Part shown: piece by piece, positions 45,561 through 59,700 of the stretch
Layout of the letters: each line of letters opens with the position of its first letter
Position numbering within the stretch: position 1 is the stretch's first letter
From: Anaeramoeba ignava BMAN
Lineage: Eukaryota; Protista; Anaeramoebae
Assembly (NCBI GenBank): GCA_028826165.1
Contig: JAPDFW010000033.1
Coordinates: 710,987 to 774,986 of the forward strand
Direction: 5' to 3'
DNA length: 64,000 nt
Program-made: the position numbers and the translations under genes
Notes under the pieces: generated by a model
Databases searched by the model: none
Told to the model about the DNA's origin: nothing
Seen by the model: only the letters and a program-made list of their open reading frames with translations

Positions 45561-47673
45561 TTTCTTCTTTCGGTTTTTGGGGTTTTGATTTTTGAATAAA
45601 TTGATTTGGAATAAATCCAGTTGTTTTATTATCAATATCAGCAACAAAACAAGAATCTTTAAATAGAACAATAACTTTGAAAATTTGACCTTTTTTGATA
45701 TTTAAAAATACATTTGAAGAATCTTCAAAATCCTTTAAACCTTCAAATGTTAAGAAATCATTGTTTTCATAAATAGGATCATAAGGGAAAAAATGTATTA
45801 AAATTCTAGAAATATCAACAACTTCTGAAACTCCCATTTGATAACAAATAGAATGAGAAATTGGATGAGTTCGAGTATATTGTGAATAAATCCAAATAGG
45901 AATATCTTTATTGATTTTTCTGATTAATTGAGTAAGTGATAATCCTGCAGTTGGATATTCTTTTTTTTCCTTAGGATGTTCAGTTCTAACTTCAATTCTT
46001 TTCATATCACTAATAATTAAAAACCATTCTTCTTGATTTTTTTGAAATTCTGAAATTGCTTTTTCAGTATCAATAACTGTTGTGATTTTTAATCCTACTT
46101 TTCTTGCAACTTCAATTATAGGTTTATTATTTTCTGGTTCATCATCAACCCAAAGAATTTTCTTTTTTTTCTCTTTTGATGCTTCTTTATTCAAATTAAT
46201 TGCTTTTTCAGTTTCTTTTGGAGTTGTTCTATGAATCCAATTTTGTTTTTCTAATCTTTCTTTTTTGATTTTTTCAAAAATATCATAAGGATTTTCTTCA
46301 TCAAATTTAATTAATAATCCATAAGGAACAATTTGATCTGAAGAGAAAATAATCCATTCAAGTGATTCATTTGGAACTTGAAGATCAATAGGAACATTAT
46401 TTGGCCATCTTATTGTGTGTTCTTGAGTTACATTCACTTTATCAACTCTTATTTGAAACATTACTCGAACAAAATATAATTTATTATTATAGTTAAAATG
46501 AACTGGTAAAGCATAAATTGGATGAGAAGCATAAAGATAAGATTGAGAAGCATAAATATGTTTTTGATTTGGAATATGTCCTTTTGGAATTTCAACAATT
46601 TTTCCATCTTGTGTTTTATTTCCTGGAATAACTAATCCATTTTTAACAATTGATTTTGTATTTTCATATTTTGTTCCATGATATCCATATGACCATTTAC
46701 TTACATCTTTATTTCCTTGATTCTTCATTTTCAATCTTATCCATCCAACAGGTGGATAATAACGTGTTTTATTGATTCTAAATCCAATATCTTTTTCTGT
46801 ATAAATATGAAAAGAATACATTTCAAAATTTTCTTCAAGTTCAATTCCATTATAATCACATCCTTGTTTTAAAAATTCAATTGTCATATTTTTTAATTCA
46901 TTTTCTTCAGATTTTTTTGAACATGAATTTTGAACTGAAGTTTTAAAATCTTCATTTTTTTCAAAAACAAAACTTGTTCCATTTTGAAAAATAATATAAT
47001 CATTAGCTACTTCAACTATTTCATCTCCAGTAAATATATATTTTTTTTGTTTTGATGGAGGAAGAAGCCAATTTGTAATTATTTTAAGATTTTCACCTAA
47101 AATTCTTGCTTGAGCATTTATTCCTTGTTCATTATCAAAATATTTTCCTTTCATTGAATCAAGTAAAATAATATTTTTTAACTCAATTCTTCCAATTCCA
47201 ATTGTTTGTCTTTTTTTTTCATTTCCTAAATTTCCAATTTCATCATCAAATGATTTAGCATAAAAATAATCAAGAAATTTAATTCTAAATTTATCATTTC
47301 CATCTTTCCATTCAACATAAGAAGGTTTTTTTGAATATTTTTCTCCATTTAATTTATGAATAGTTCCACTTTTAATTAAAAAAATTAATGGATTTTTTCC
47401 CTTTTATTTTTAAATTAAAAAAAAGGAAAAATAAATTTAATCAAATTTAAAATCAAAATTAAAATTAAAAAATTAAAATTTAATTACATTTTCTGATTTA
47501 CATTCAATTTCCATTTCATTTTTTGTAAATTGAACGTTAATTTGAGCATTTTCAAAACCTGTATATGTTTCCCAATTTGAATGAAGTGAATCATAAAATT
47601 GAACTTCTTGATAACCAAAATTTTGTGTTCTTTTTTTTTGATAAAAAGAAGGTGCTCTTCTTCTTCGTGCCAT
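45463..47673 (-). CDS. PH/EVH1-like + ART + REC + SH3 protein, copy 3 (707 aa; intron 47487-47401)
   Basis: Same motifs and intron. Distinct N-terminus MARRRRAPSFYQKKRTQ. The C-terminus runs into (NQ)n. Confidence 0.85.
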
Positions 47674-47765
47674 TTTATTTTTAAAAATAAATAATTCAAA
47701 ATAGGAAAATAAAAAAATGAAAAATAAGATTTTCCACTTTTTTTAATTTTAATTTTAATTTTTAT

Positions 47766-50700
47766 TTAATTTTGATTTTGATTTTGATTTAGATTTTGAT
47801 TTTGATTTTTATTTCGGAAGATTTTATGCGAAATTCTGGGTTTAGGAACTGGAATTGAATTTGGATCAAAAAATTTCCAATACTTACCATTGTTATCATA
47901 AGGATTTTTAGGGACTTGTCTAGAATCAATATCTGAATCGATATATGGATCATTTAAATTTTCGTTTTCTTTTTCAATTTGATTTTGATTTTGATTATTA
48001 TTATTTTCCAAATAAAATTCAACTTCATAAGCAAATTCTATGAGATCTTCTAAATCAATTTTGATATTTTTTGGATCAACAAAATATAAATCTATTTTTG
48101 GGTGTTGAATTTTGATATCATTTGGATCTTTTCCTGTTTCAAGAAATTTTTGAAACTCATTCTGATTTTGATTTTGATTTTGATTTTGATTTTTTGATTT
48201 AAATTCTTTTTGAAAAATTATTTCCTTTTTTGGTAAATTTTTAATTTTTTCTTGAATTATTGAGAATATTTTTGATTCAATATCTGCTAATAATTTTGAA
48301 TTAATAGAATTAATAATTTTTTGTTTAATTTTTTCGGAATTAATATTTAAAATTGGAATTGATTGAATTTGTTCCATTTTAATTGGAAAAGAAATAATGA
48401 ATTGATTTTCAATTTGATTTTGATTTTTATTTTGATTTTGATTTTGATTTTTATTTTGATTTTGATTTTGATTTTGATTTTGATTTTGATTTTGATTTTG
48501 ATTTTGATTTTGATTTTCGATTTGAAATATTTGAAAAGCTTTTTTAAGTAATTGATTTTGTAAATGAATTGTATAATCAATCATATTTTCAATTAACATA
48601 AAAATTTGGAAATTTTGATCTAATTTTTTAGAAGTTAAAATTTTAATTCTTTTTAAGCAAATATCCCAAAATATTTTGAAATGATAATAATTTTTATGAG
48701 AGTTAATATTTTTTGAATAAATACATTCAATAAAGTTTTCAATTTCATTTTGATTTTCATTTTGATTTTGATTTTTTAAATTATCAAAAATTATACTTGA
48801 AATTTCAAGAAATTGTGGAAATAAATTCAAAAATTTCAATTCTTCTAAATTTTCAAAAAAGAAATCAAGTGCAAAAGTTTCTTTCTTTTCTTGATTTTTT
48901 TTGAAATTAATCAAATCAAAAATTTGAAACAATTCTTTTGATCCAAAATTTTGAAAAATCCATTTTTTTTCGATCTCTGGTTTTGTTATTTCTTGAATTA
49001 AATCAACTTGATAAATTGGATTTGTTTGAATTAAATTTAAGATATCTTGATGATTTTTTTTACGAATTTCTTCTATATTCTTGTGAAATGAATTTTTGTT
49101 ATATTTTTCTTGTTTTTGAGTCTCTTCTGAAAATTTAACCAAAATTTGATTATAATAAGCAAATGAATCTTTTAAAAGGAATGTTTAATAAATTTGCTAA
49201 TATTTCATTATCATTATTAATATGTTTTAAAAATATACTGTAAGTTTCATCTGATGAAAATTGATTTGAAACAAAATAATTTTTAAAATTAATAGAAGGA
49301 TGATAATAAGTATCAAAATTAATTAAACAAGATAAAAAGAATGAAGTGATCATCAATCGAATAATTCTAAAATCAATAGGATCAATTCCAGAAATAGTAA
49401 CAAATGGATTTCTTTTTGGATATTCATTTATTATTGGATAAATTGTATTTGAAAATAGTGAAACTATCAATTCTTTTTTTTCTTGTGATATTTTCAAATC
49501 ATCTTTAATTGATTCAAATCCATTCCAATAAGTTTTTATTAAATCTTCTAAATCTTTAATTTCTTTAATTTCTTCATTTTTTGTTAACATTTCAAAAATT
49601 CCATTTAAATGAATAAAAGGTTTTATTTTCTTTTGAAGTATAATCTTATGTGTTTCCAAAATAATTTGTTTAATTTGAGGTGAAATTATTTCCATATTTG
49701 ATATTTTTTTCGAAATGAATTGAACTTCTTCTTTTTCTTCATTATTAATAAGTAATTTAAAATGTGAATCTATGAAATTTTTTATAGACTTGGTTTGTTT
49801 AAATTGATTTTCTTTTATGAATTTTAAGAGATATCCAGAACCTTCCTTTTGATAAATTATTCCAAAAAGATAAATAAGAAAATCTTTTCCTTCATTTTGT
49901 AATGAAAATATTCTAATTTCTGGAAATTGTTGAATTAATAATGATGGATCTTCAAAAATTTGATTTCTTATATTGAATAATTGATTCATCTTTTCAAGAT
50001 TAAATGGTGGGTTTGTAAATTGAATTAATCTTGAATTATTAATAATTCTTTTTTCTTCTTCTTCTTTCTTTTCTTTTTCTTCTTTCTTTTCTTTTTCTAT
50101 TTGTTGAAGATTTTCTTCTGTGATCAAATTAATTTGGAATTTTGTTTTATATATCAATTTTTTTGCAATTATTTCTTCTAATTGTTTATCTTCCCAATCT
50201 GAATCAAAAATATATTCATTATTTTCCATTTCGATTTTGATTTCATTTTCATTTTCAATTTCATTTTGATTTTCATTTTCAATTTCATTTTCATTTTCAT
50301 TTTCATTTTCAATTTGATTTTCATTTTCAATTTCATTTTCATTTTGATTTTGATTTTGATTTTCAATTTCATTTTGATTTTGATTTTCAATTTCATTTTC
50401 ATTTTGATTTTGATTTTCATTTTCAATTTCATTTTCATTTTCCTTTTCATTTTCATTTTCATTTTGATTTTGATTTTGATTTTGATTTTCATTTTCATTT
50501 TCATTTTGATTTTGATTTTGATTTTGATTTTCATTTTCCTTTTCCTTTTCATTTTGATTTTGATTTTGATTTTGATTTTCATTTTGATTTTGATTTTGAT
50601 TTTCATTTTGATCTTGATTTTCTTTTTTAATTTTAAAATATTTAAAACCTGAATCGAAAATATATTCTTGATTTTCCATTTTCATTTCCATTTCCTTTTC

Positions 50701-53700
50701 ATTTTGATTTTCATTTTCAATTTCAAATGGTATGAATTCATCATCTTCTTCTTGATTTTCTTTTTTAATTTTAAAATATTTAAAACCTGAATCCAAAATA
50801 TATTCTTGATTTTGATTTTGATTTTGATTTTGATTTTGATTTTGATTTTGATTTTCATTTTGATTTTCATCTTCTTCTCCAAATTCATCTGATATGAATT
50901 CATCATCTACATTTTCATTTTCATTTTCATTTTCATTTTCATCTTCAATTTCAATTTCATATTTTACAAATTCATCATTTTCATTTTCCTTTTCCTTTTC
51001 ATTTTCAAATTCATCTGATATGAATTCATCATCTACATCTTGATTTTCCTTTTCAATTTCATTTTCCTCTTCAATTTCAATTTGATATTTTACAAATTCA
51101 TCATTTTCATTTTCCTTTTCCTCTTCAATTTCCATTTCCTTTTCATTTTTATCTCCAATTTCAAGTGGTATGAATTCATCATCTTCTTCTTGATTTTCTT
51201 TTTTAATTTTAAAATATTTAAAACTTGAATCGAAAATATATTCTTGATTTTGATTTTGATTTTGATTTTGATTTTGATTTTGATTTTCCATTTCCATTTC
51301 ATTTTCCATTTCCATTTCCATTTCCATTTCCTTTTGATTTTGATTTTTGAAATTTGGTATGAATTCATTTTCTTTTTTTTGATTTTCTTTTTTAATTTTA
51401 AAATATTTAAAACCTGAATCCAAAATATATTCTTGATTTTGATTTTGATTTTCCTTTTGATTTTGATTTTCATTTTCAATTTGATTTATGATATAAATTT
51501 CTTCTTCTTGAATATCAATAGTATTGGATAAAAATCTAATTTTTTTATAAATATCTTCATTCAATTCAAGACTTTTATCATGTTTAATTTGTTTCATCTC
51601 TTCTTTTTTAATTCCAAATTTTTTTTGTAAATTCTCATCTTTTAAAACAATTGTAAAAATAATAGATGAAAATCTATTATATTCATTTTCACTAATTGTA
51701 TTATTATCCGTTTTCTTAAATAAATCTTCAATAATTTTTATTATTCCTTCATTGAATTGATCTCCAAAATTTTGATTGAATAATTTTGTAAAAAAATATT
51801 CAAAAATAGAATTATATATGAAAATATTCTTTCTGGAAATTTCATATAAATACTTAATATCTGAATTTTTAATGATTAAATTAATAAATCTAGAAACTAA
51901 TTTCAAAACATTTCCTTTTTCATTTTGATTTTGATTTTGATTTTGATTTTGATTTTGATTTTGATTTTGATTTTCTTTTTGATTTTCATTTTGATTTTCA
52001 ATAATTAATCGATTTATTATAACTTTTTCAAAAGTATTTTATAAATTTGGTAATTTCATTCAATTTTGTTCTCATGAATTTAGTTCGTTTTGATATTTCT
52101 TTATCTATTTTTATTAAATTGAAATGTTTTTTGATATCACATTTTTTCCCACAAATCGAACATTTCTTTTCATTTTTCGTTTTCTCATAATCAATTTTTG
52201 AAATTATTCTATCTTTTATCAATTTATTTTGATTTTTTGTAGAACAAATGTAAATATCTTGTTTTAAATCTATTATTTTTTTCATTTCATTCATATCACC
52301 AAAATTTTTGGAAATCCATTCCTTTATTTTCAAAGTTTGTGATTTGAATTCTTTCAAAACCTTTTCTATTTCTTCAAATTGTTTATCATTAATGATATTT
52401 GTGTTGATAAGAGAATCATTGATTATATTCATTTTTTCAATAGAAGAAATTGCTTTTTGTAAAGATGAAGATGAAGATGAAAAAAGATCATCTTGATTTT
52501 TCAATAAAATATTCTTCTTATTTGTTTGATATCTTGTTTTAATCATAATCTCTTTTTGATCTTTTTCTTCTAATTTTATCATTTCAATTATTTCATTAAA
52601 TTTTGTATTAAAGAAATTAAGAAAAGTTTTGAAAGTAGAAATTTCGTTTTGAGTTTTTTTCTCTTTCAATTTTAAAAACATTCTCAAACAACAATCAATA
52701 AAATAATAAATTGAAAAGTTATTCTGATATACTTCTAAAAAATATTTTCTTATTGGTTTCATTTCTGTCCAAATCTCTAAAATAAGCTTTAATTTTGAAT
52801 GAAAAGATGGAAAATCAACTTTATATATTTCCACTAAAATGCTTTGATATGTTCTATTTTCTTGAGAAACTTTTTTGAGAAAATCAAAAATATCAATTTT
52901 TAATGCTTTAATCATTTCTTGTTCTTCATTTTTCAAAGTAATTGATTGTAAATCTTTTATATATAAAATAATAATCTCAGAATTATAAATATCTTTTTTG
53001 TTAGAAATTGTTTCTTCAATATATTCAAGTAATGATTTATTTTCTTCTAATTCAAATTGATCTTCTTTAATTATTGTGTAAATATTATCAAAAAATGGTA
53101 ATTTTGTATTTTCATATGTAACTTTTGTTTTTTGTATCATAGATAAGCTCATTTTTGAAATTAATCTCTTCCAAAAATCAAAAATTTGTTTGTTTGAAGA
53201 TAAATTTCTAGATGGTAAATCTTGAACTGTATTGTTTAAAAATCGAGAAAATATTTCAATAATCTTTAATTTGAATTGTAAATAAAGAAAAGAATTTAAA
53301 TTTTGGAATTTATTTTCTGATTTTGGTTCATTCTTTATCATTTCAATTAAATTCCATTGATAAAATTCCTCATTTTTGTTTTTAATTCCACTTTTTATCA
53401 TTTGAATGAAAAAGTTTATAATAATTTCCTTAAATTTATCAATATCTAAAATTGATTTGATATTTTTTAAAGCAATCTCGAAATGATCATCTTTAATTTT
53501 TAAAATTTTAGAAAGGGAATGTTTCAAATTATCTTGAATAATTGAATAAGTTTTATCTTTGTTGTTGTGAATAACACTTTCTAATGATTCATTCATATTT
53601 GATTCTTGATATAAATCCAAAATAATTTTTGGAGAAAGTTGATCCAAATGATAATATTCCCAAAATTGTTCAAAACAATAAGATATTTTTGGTGAATTTG

Positions 53701-56700
53701 TATCTTTTGAAGTATAGATAATAAATATAACATAAAATTTCTGTTCTTCAACTTCATTAATCTTTTCATTATTACTTTCTTTAAGAAAATCAAATATCAT
53801 TTCTTCAATTATAAATTTGGATTGATGGAAAATACTTGTATTAACTTGATTTGAATCAACATATATCAATAAAACTTGATTTTCATCATTCAATTTTACA
53901 TTTTCTTGTTGTTTTTGATTAAAGAATTCTTTTTCTAATTTATTTCTCAATGCTTGTTCTATATCAGTAGAAAGAATTTCAATTGAATTAATAATGTAAT
54001 TTTGAGGAATTGTTTTAATTTTTTCATCACTTGAAGAATATGTAAAAATTATTGAGTTATGAATATGATTTTTCAGAATTTCATTTTCAAATAAAGAAAT
54101 AAAATTTTGATGTGATTGTAAAATTGATGTTGAACAATCTTTCAAATACAAAGATTTTTTATTTGTTAAGTTTTTTGATATTAAATAATTATTTAATTCA
54201 ATAAGTTTGCCAATTTGTAAAAGCCTAATCCAATATTTAAGTTGTGTAATAAAAATAATATTGTAATCTTTATCATTTTTTTTGTTGTTTTCATTATTAT
54301 TTTCAATAATTTGTGGTTGATTTTTGTTTAAATCTTGAAATTTAATTGCTAATGTTAGAAATAAATCATCGTTATAATTTATTATTAAATTGTTATTATC
54401 AATATTTTCCTTTGTTATTGATTTAATTCCATCTAGAATTGTAGAGTGAGAGTCAATAAATTTGGTAATAAATTCATTTTGATTAAAATTAATTAAATCA
54501 AAATTTTCAAATTTGATAAATTTAGAACAACTTGATTGATCAACATTTTCAATTATTGAAACATCTTGTATTGAATATAATTTAAAATTTGAATGAATTT
54601 GAATAAATTTTGAATATAATCCAAATGTTACTTGTGCAAATTTATTATCACCAATTTGAATATAATTTTCTGTTAAAAGATTACATAAACCTTCCAAAAA
54701 TTCATTTCCATTGCATAAAATAACAGATCTTCCTAATGAAGCATAAAGTTCTATTTTTTTTAAAATTTTCCAATTCAAATATTCTTTCATTTCATCAGGA
54801 AATTGAGAAGAAAATAATATATTCATTCTTGTTGGAAATTGTTTCAAAAATATAGGAAGAAATGATAAATTTTTAAGTAAATAAATTGTTGAAATTTTTG
54901 GAATATCTAATTCATTATTATCATTATTATCATTATCTTCTTCTTTTTTTGTATCAGGAATTAAAATATCACTAATTTCATTTTCTTTTAATTGAGATTC
55001 TTGATTATCTGAAATATTTAATTCAATACCATTAAAAGTAGAAATGAATTTAAGTTGAGAATCTGAAATTATAAGAATAGGTATTTTCTCTTTTCTTTTT
55101 TCTTCATTGCTCAATATCTCAAAATCACTTTCATAAATTTGATTTAAATTTAAATAGAAATTCAAAATTTTATATGCTTCATTTGAATTATTTTCCAAAA
55201 ATTGAGTATTAGAAAGAGTAACAACAGGAAGAATATTGTTCTGATTCTCTTGAATACTTTTGAAATTTGATTTAAATAAATTTTGAATATCTTTTTTTGT
55301 TGTTTTAGTTGAACAAATAATATTAAAAAATTTGAGTGATGGAAGTTCTAATTTTTGAAAAATTTGATTTCCTGATTTTGAATCAATTTCTTTTAAAATT
55401 TTAATAGCAATATATTGAGATAAACCTATTTTTTATTTATATTATTTTATTTTATTTTTTTAAATAAATAAAAAGAGAATAAATTTAAAAAAAAATATTA
55501 TTTACCTGATTTTCCATAAAGAAAAAGTGTAGAATGTGAAAAATAACAAATGAAAATTATTAATAAATTTTGTTTTAATTCTTCAGTAATTTGAATTTGA
55601 GGGAAATAATGATCAAGTTCTAAAAAATTAATTAATTTGTTTTGAATATCAGAAATTATAGATTTAATTGTAGTTTTCTTATTTGAATTTAAATTGGGAT
55701 TGATTTCTTTTTCAATGTCAGATTCTAATTTATTTCTTTCTGTTTGAGATAATTTTAAAATATAATTGATAAACAATGAAACAACCATTCCATAAAAAAT
55801 TCTCACACTTTCTTCTTTTTCGCAAAATAAAATTTGTGAAATTTTTGAGTTTAATAACCAATTAAATATTGTTAAAGTTCTTGATATATCTTTTAAAGAA
55901 CAAGTTTGATTTAGGTTTTTTTGGATAAATTTATGAGAATTGATAATATTTTTTGTGAAAATTGTTTTAATTAATGTAATTTTATTATTGTTTGTTTTTG
56001 GAAATTTTAAATTTGTAAATGCTTGAGAAACCATTGAATAAATGAAATTATTTTCTATTTTTTCATTAAAAGTACCAAAATCTTCAAATTCATTTATAAA
56101 AGAATCTAAATATGGAAATTCTTGTTTTTCATTAAAATTAGAATAAGAAACAATAAAACGAATTTTATCAGATATTAAACTTCTATTTGAAATTCGATCA
56201 AAAATAATTTGTTTTAATAAAGCAATGCAATTTATTGGAATTGAATTTAATCCTTCAAATAAAATATTGAACGAGGTTTGTATGTTGTTTTTGTATATAA
56301 AATGTTCTGCTTCTGTAATAGTTTGAATAATTTCTTTTGTGTTTGATTTATCATTTAAATGATAAATTATCAAATGTTGATTCAAAAAATTTTCAATTAA
56401 AAATTGAATAAATTCAGAATTTAAATTTTCATTTGTAGTTTTGATAATTATTGGAATATTTGTTAATAATTTATATAATATTAAAATCATTCTCAAAAAG
56501 TTATCTAATGTAAAAAATTTCTTGAAATATTCATTTTCGAAAATAATAAACTTTTTATGAATTTCTATTAAATTTGGAGATAAATAACTTAATATTTCTA
56601 AAGCTTTAAAATTATCCATTTCAATTTTTCGTAAATTTTTTAAATGTTCATTAAATTTAAATCCATATTTTGAAACATTATTTTGAATTTCTCTATGAAA

Positions 56701-59700
56701 AAATCTATTATTTGATTTTCTTGAAATAAAATTAACATTCTTAATAAAATTTTTGTTCTCTTCCAAAGAAAAAATAAGTAAAGAAATATCTTTTTTTTCC
56801 CATTCAATATTTTTTGAAACTAAAATTGCAGCACTTTTTTGATAATTTTCAACAAATAATTTTGGAAATGTTGAAGAAATTTTATCATCTGCAAAAGCTA
56901 TTTTAGATTTATAAGGATTAATATAACGATATTGAATTAATGGATATATATAATATTTCAAAATATTCCAAAAATTAGATAATAAACGAAAAGTGATTGG
57001 TTGATTTTGATTAACTTGGGAAATTATCTTTTTTGAACTTTCGAAAAAATTTTCTTTATTTGGAATATCAACAAGAAAGGCAAATACATCAACTTCACTT
57101 TCAAAATCTTGAGGATGTTGATAAATTTCAAAAAATTTTGCAAGTATTTTTAAATCACCATTCTCTTGTCTTTTAATTGTTGAAGATTCATCAATTTTAT
57201 ATGAAAAGAAAGAAAAAGTTTTTTTATCAACTTGACATATTTTTTCTTCTAAATAATTAAAAGGAGCCAAATTGTTCAATTTAAATTCATTATTTGATAT
57301 ACCAACACTTGGAATTTCAATATATAAATGAAAAGATTCATCAAAAACCCATGAATTATAATTTATATTCGATTTATTCTTTGTAATTTCAATTGATCCC
57401 CATATTAATATTTGCCAAATTAAATATGATGTTTCTTGGATAGAGGAAAGTGATAATTCAACATGTAAATATGTATTTTCTTGATCAGTTAAATTAGTAG
57501 ATTTTAAGAATTGAATTTTTTTAAGAAATTCAGAAGATTTTCCTGATGTAATTAAAATTTTGAAATAACGATAATTTTTAGTTTCATTATTTTCATTTCT
57601 TTCATAACAATCTTTGAATATTTGATATGTTTTCCCATAACCTGATTTTTCAGATGAGTAAATTTTCATTCTTTTATATTGAGGAGAGTATTTGCAAAAT
57701 ATTTTTTCCAATTCTTTTTTAGAAAGTGAAGGAATTTGTTTTTCAATTAAAGTTGCTGAAGATTTGTTTAATTTAAGAGATTTTTCATTTTGTTCAGAAA
57801 AGAAAATAACTAAAGGAATTTTGGTTTTATATGAAATTGATTCAATTTTTTCTTTTAATAAATCTAAGTATTTTTGAGATAATTTTTCAGGATGAAGAAC
57901 TATGAATAAATGATTAATAGATTTGACTTGTTTTTTGATATTGTAATCACTATAAGTTTTAAAGAAAGAATCAATAATATTTTCATCAATATCTTGAGAA
58001 TCACAAAATAAAACATTTTCTTTAAGAGGGAAATGTTGACAAAAAATAAAATATAAAGATGTGATAATATCATAAAGATTTGATTCTTGATTAATTTTAT
58101 AAAGGAATATTAATTTCTTTTTTGAAGATTTTTCCAAAGTAAAAATTTTGGAAAATTGTTGATAAATTTGATTATAAGGAGTTGTATATTTAGTAGAAAT
58201 GGAAATTATTTGTTCTTCTTTTTCTTTTTGTTTTTGTTCTTTTATTTGTTCTAATTCTTTTATTTGTAATTCTTCTTTTTCTTTTTGTTTTTGTTCTTTT
58301 ATTTGTTCTAATTCTTCTTTTTTTTCTAATATTTGAATTTTGAAAGAATCAATTCCATTTTTTGGATTATATTTTATTATAATTTTATTATCTTCATTTT
58401 CTTTTTCAGGGATTTTTTTCAAATAATTTTGTAAATTTGAACACATTTTATTCATTAATTCAATTATTATAAAAATGTGTTGAATTGTTTGAAGTTTAGT
58501 TTCATTCATTTTCAAATTGTTTTTTAAATCAGTATTTTCAGATTGAATTAAAGTATGATCAAAAATTTGTTCAAATGGATCAAAATCTGAGAAAACAAAT
58601 GTATCTTTTTCAGTTTTACAAGAAAATATCTCTTTTGAATTACTTGAATAATCAAAAATGAAAACAGTTTTTTCATTTCCAAAAATTTTTAAAGTATTAT
58701 CAAAAATGGATTGAATTTTTGAAGATTTTGAGAGAGATTGAGTATTTATTATTTTTGAAGTATTTGGAAGATTTAGAATTTCTTCAATAACATTTAAATA
58801 TTCATCATTAATTTGAAAAGATTCATTGTTCATTTGAGATTCAGATTGTTTAATAAGATTTATTAAATTATCAAATGATTCAAAAGGTTCAGATTTACAT
58901 ATATATGTTTTAGTCTGTTTTCTTAATTTTTCGAAATGATTAATTGAATCAACTATTTTATTATTTCTTTGTTTCTTAAGTGAATTGGAAAAAATTGTAA
59001 ATTGATTATCATCTTCTTGTTTTTGAATTAAATTAGATAATCTATCAAATGATTTGATGTTATTATCATTGTTGAAAATGAATTTTTTTGGGATTTGGTT
59101 TAAACAATCAAGAATTGTTTTAAGAGTTGGAATTTCTTTAATTTTTTGAGAATTTTGCCAAGTTTTATCAAAGAATTTGGAATTATTTTCATTTATAAAT
59201 TTAAATTTTTCGGGAAAAATATCTTTATATTTAAATCAATTTTAGAAAATTCATTTTGAAATTCTCTATATTTTTGGATTAATAATAATAATTCATTAAC
59301 ATTTTCTTCTGAATATTCCTTTTTTTCTTTTTCTTTTTCTTTTGATTTAATATTAAAATCTTGATTTCGTAAAAAATTAAGTTCTTTTTTAATGAAAGAT
59401 TCATCATTTTCAATTGGAAAAATTTTATCAATTTTTGAAAGAATAATTTCTTTATCAAAAATATCTTTTGCTAATTTATTCCATTTTTTGTTTACTGAAG
59501 GTATAATTGTATCTCTAAAACTTGTAAAACTAATAATTTCTTCTTTTTCTTTTTCTTGTAATTCTTTTAATTCGAGAATCAATAAAATTTTTATAATATT
59601 TTGAAAAATTTGGCTTTCATTCAATTCAATAAATCTTCTTAATCCTAAACGTGATATATTTATTTTTCTTTGTTTTTATCATTTCAGCGATTGTTTTAGT

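Noticed and set aside
42221-45671. ORFs made of (IL)n, (DF)n, (KI)n and (KL)n, also at 22924-23242, 25377-25583, 50178-50652 and 63393-63590
   Set aside because: They are translations of stop-free hexamer or 18-mer satellites, or of alternate frames of EN/QN tracts, and are not genes.
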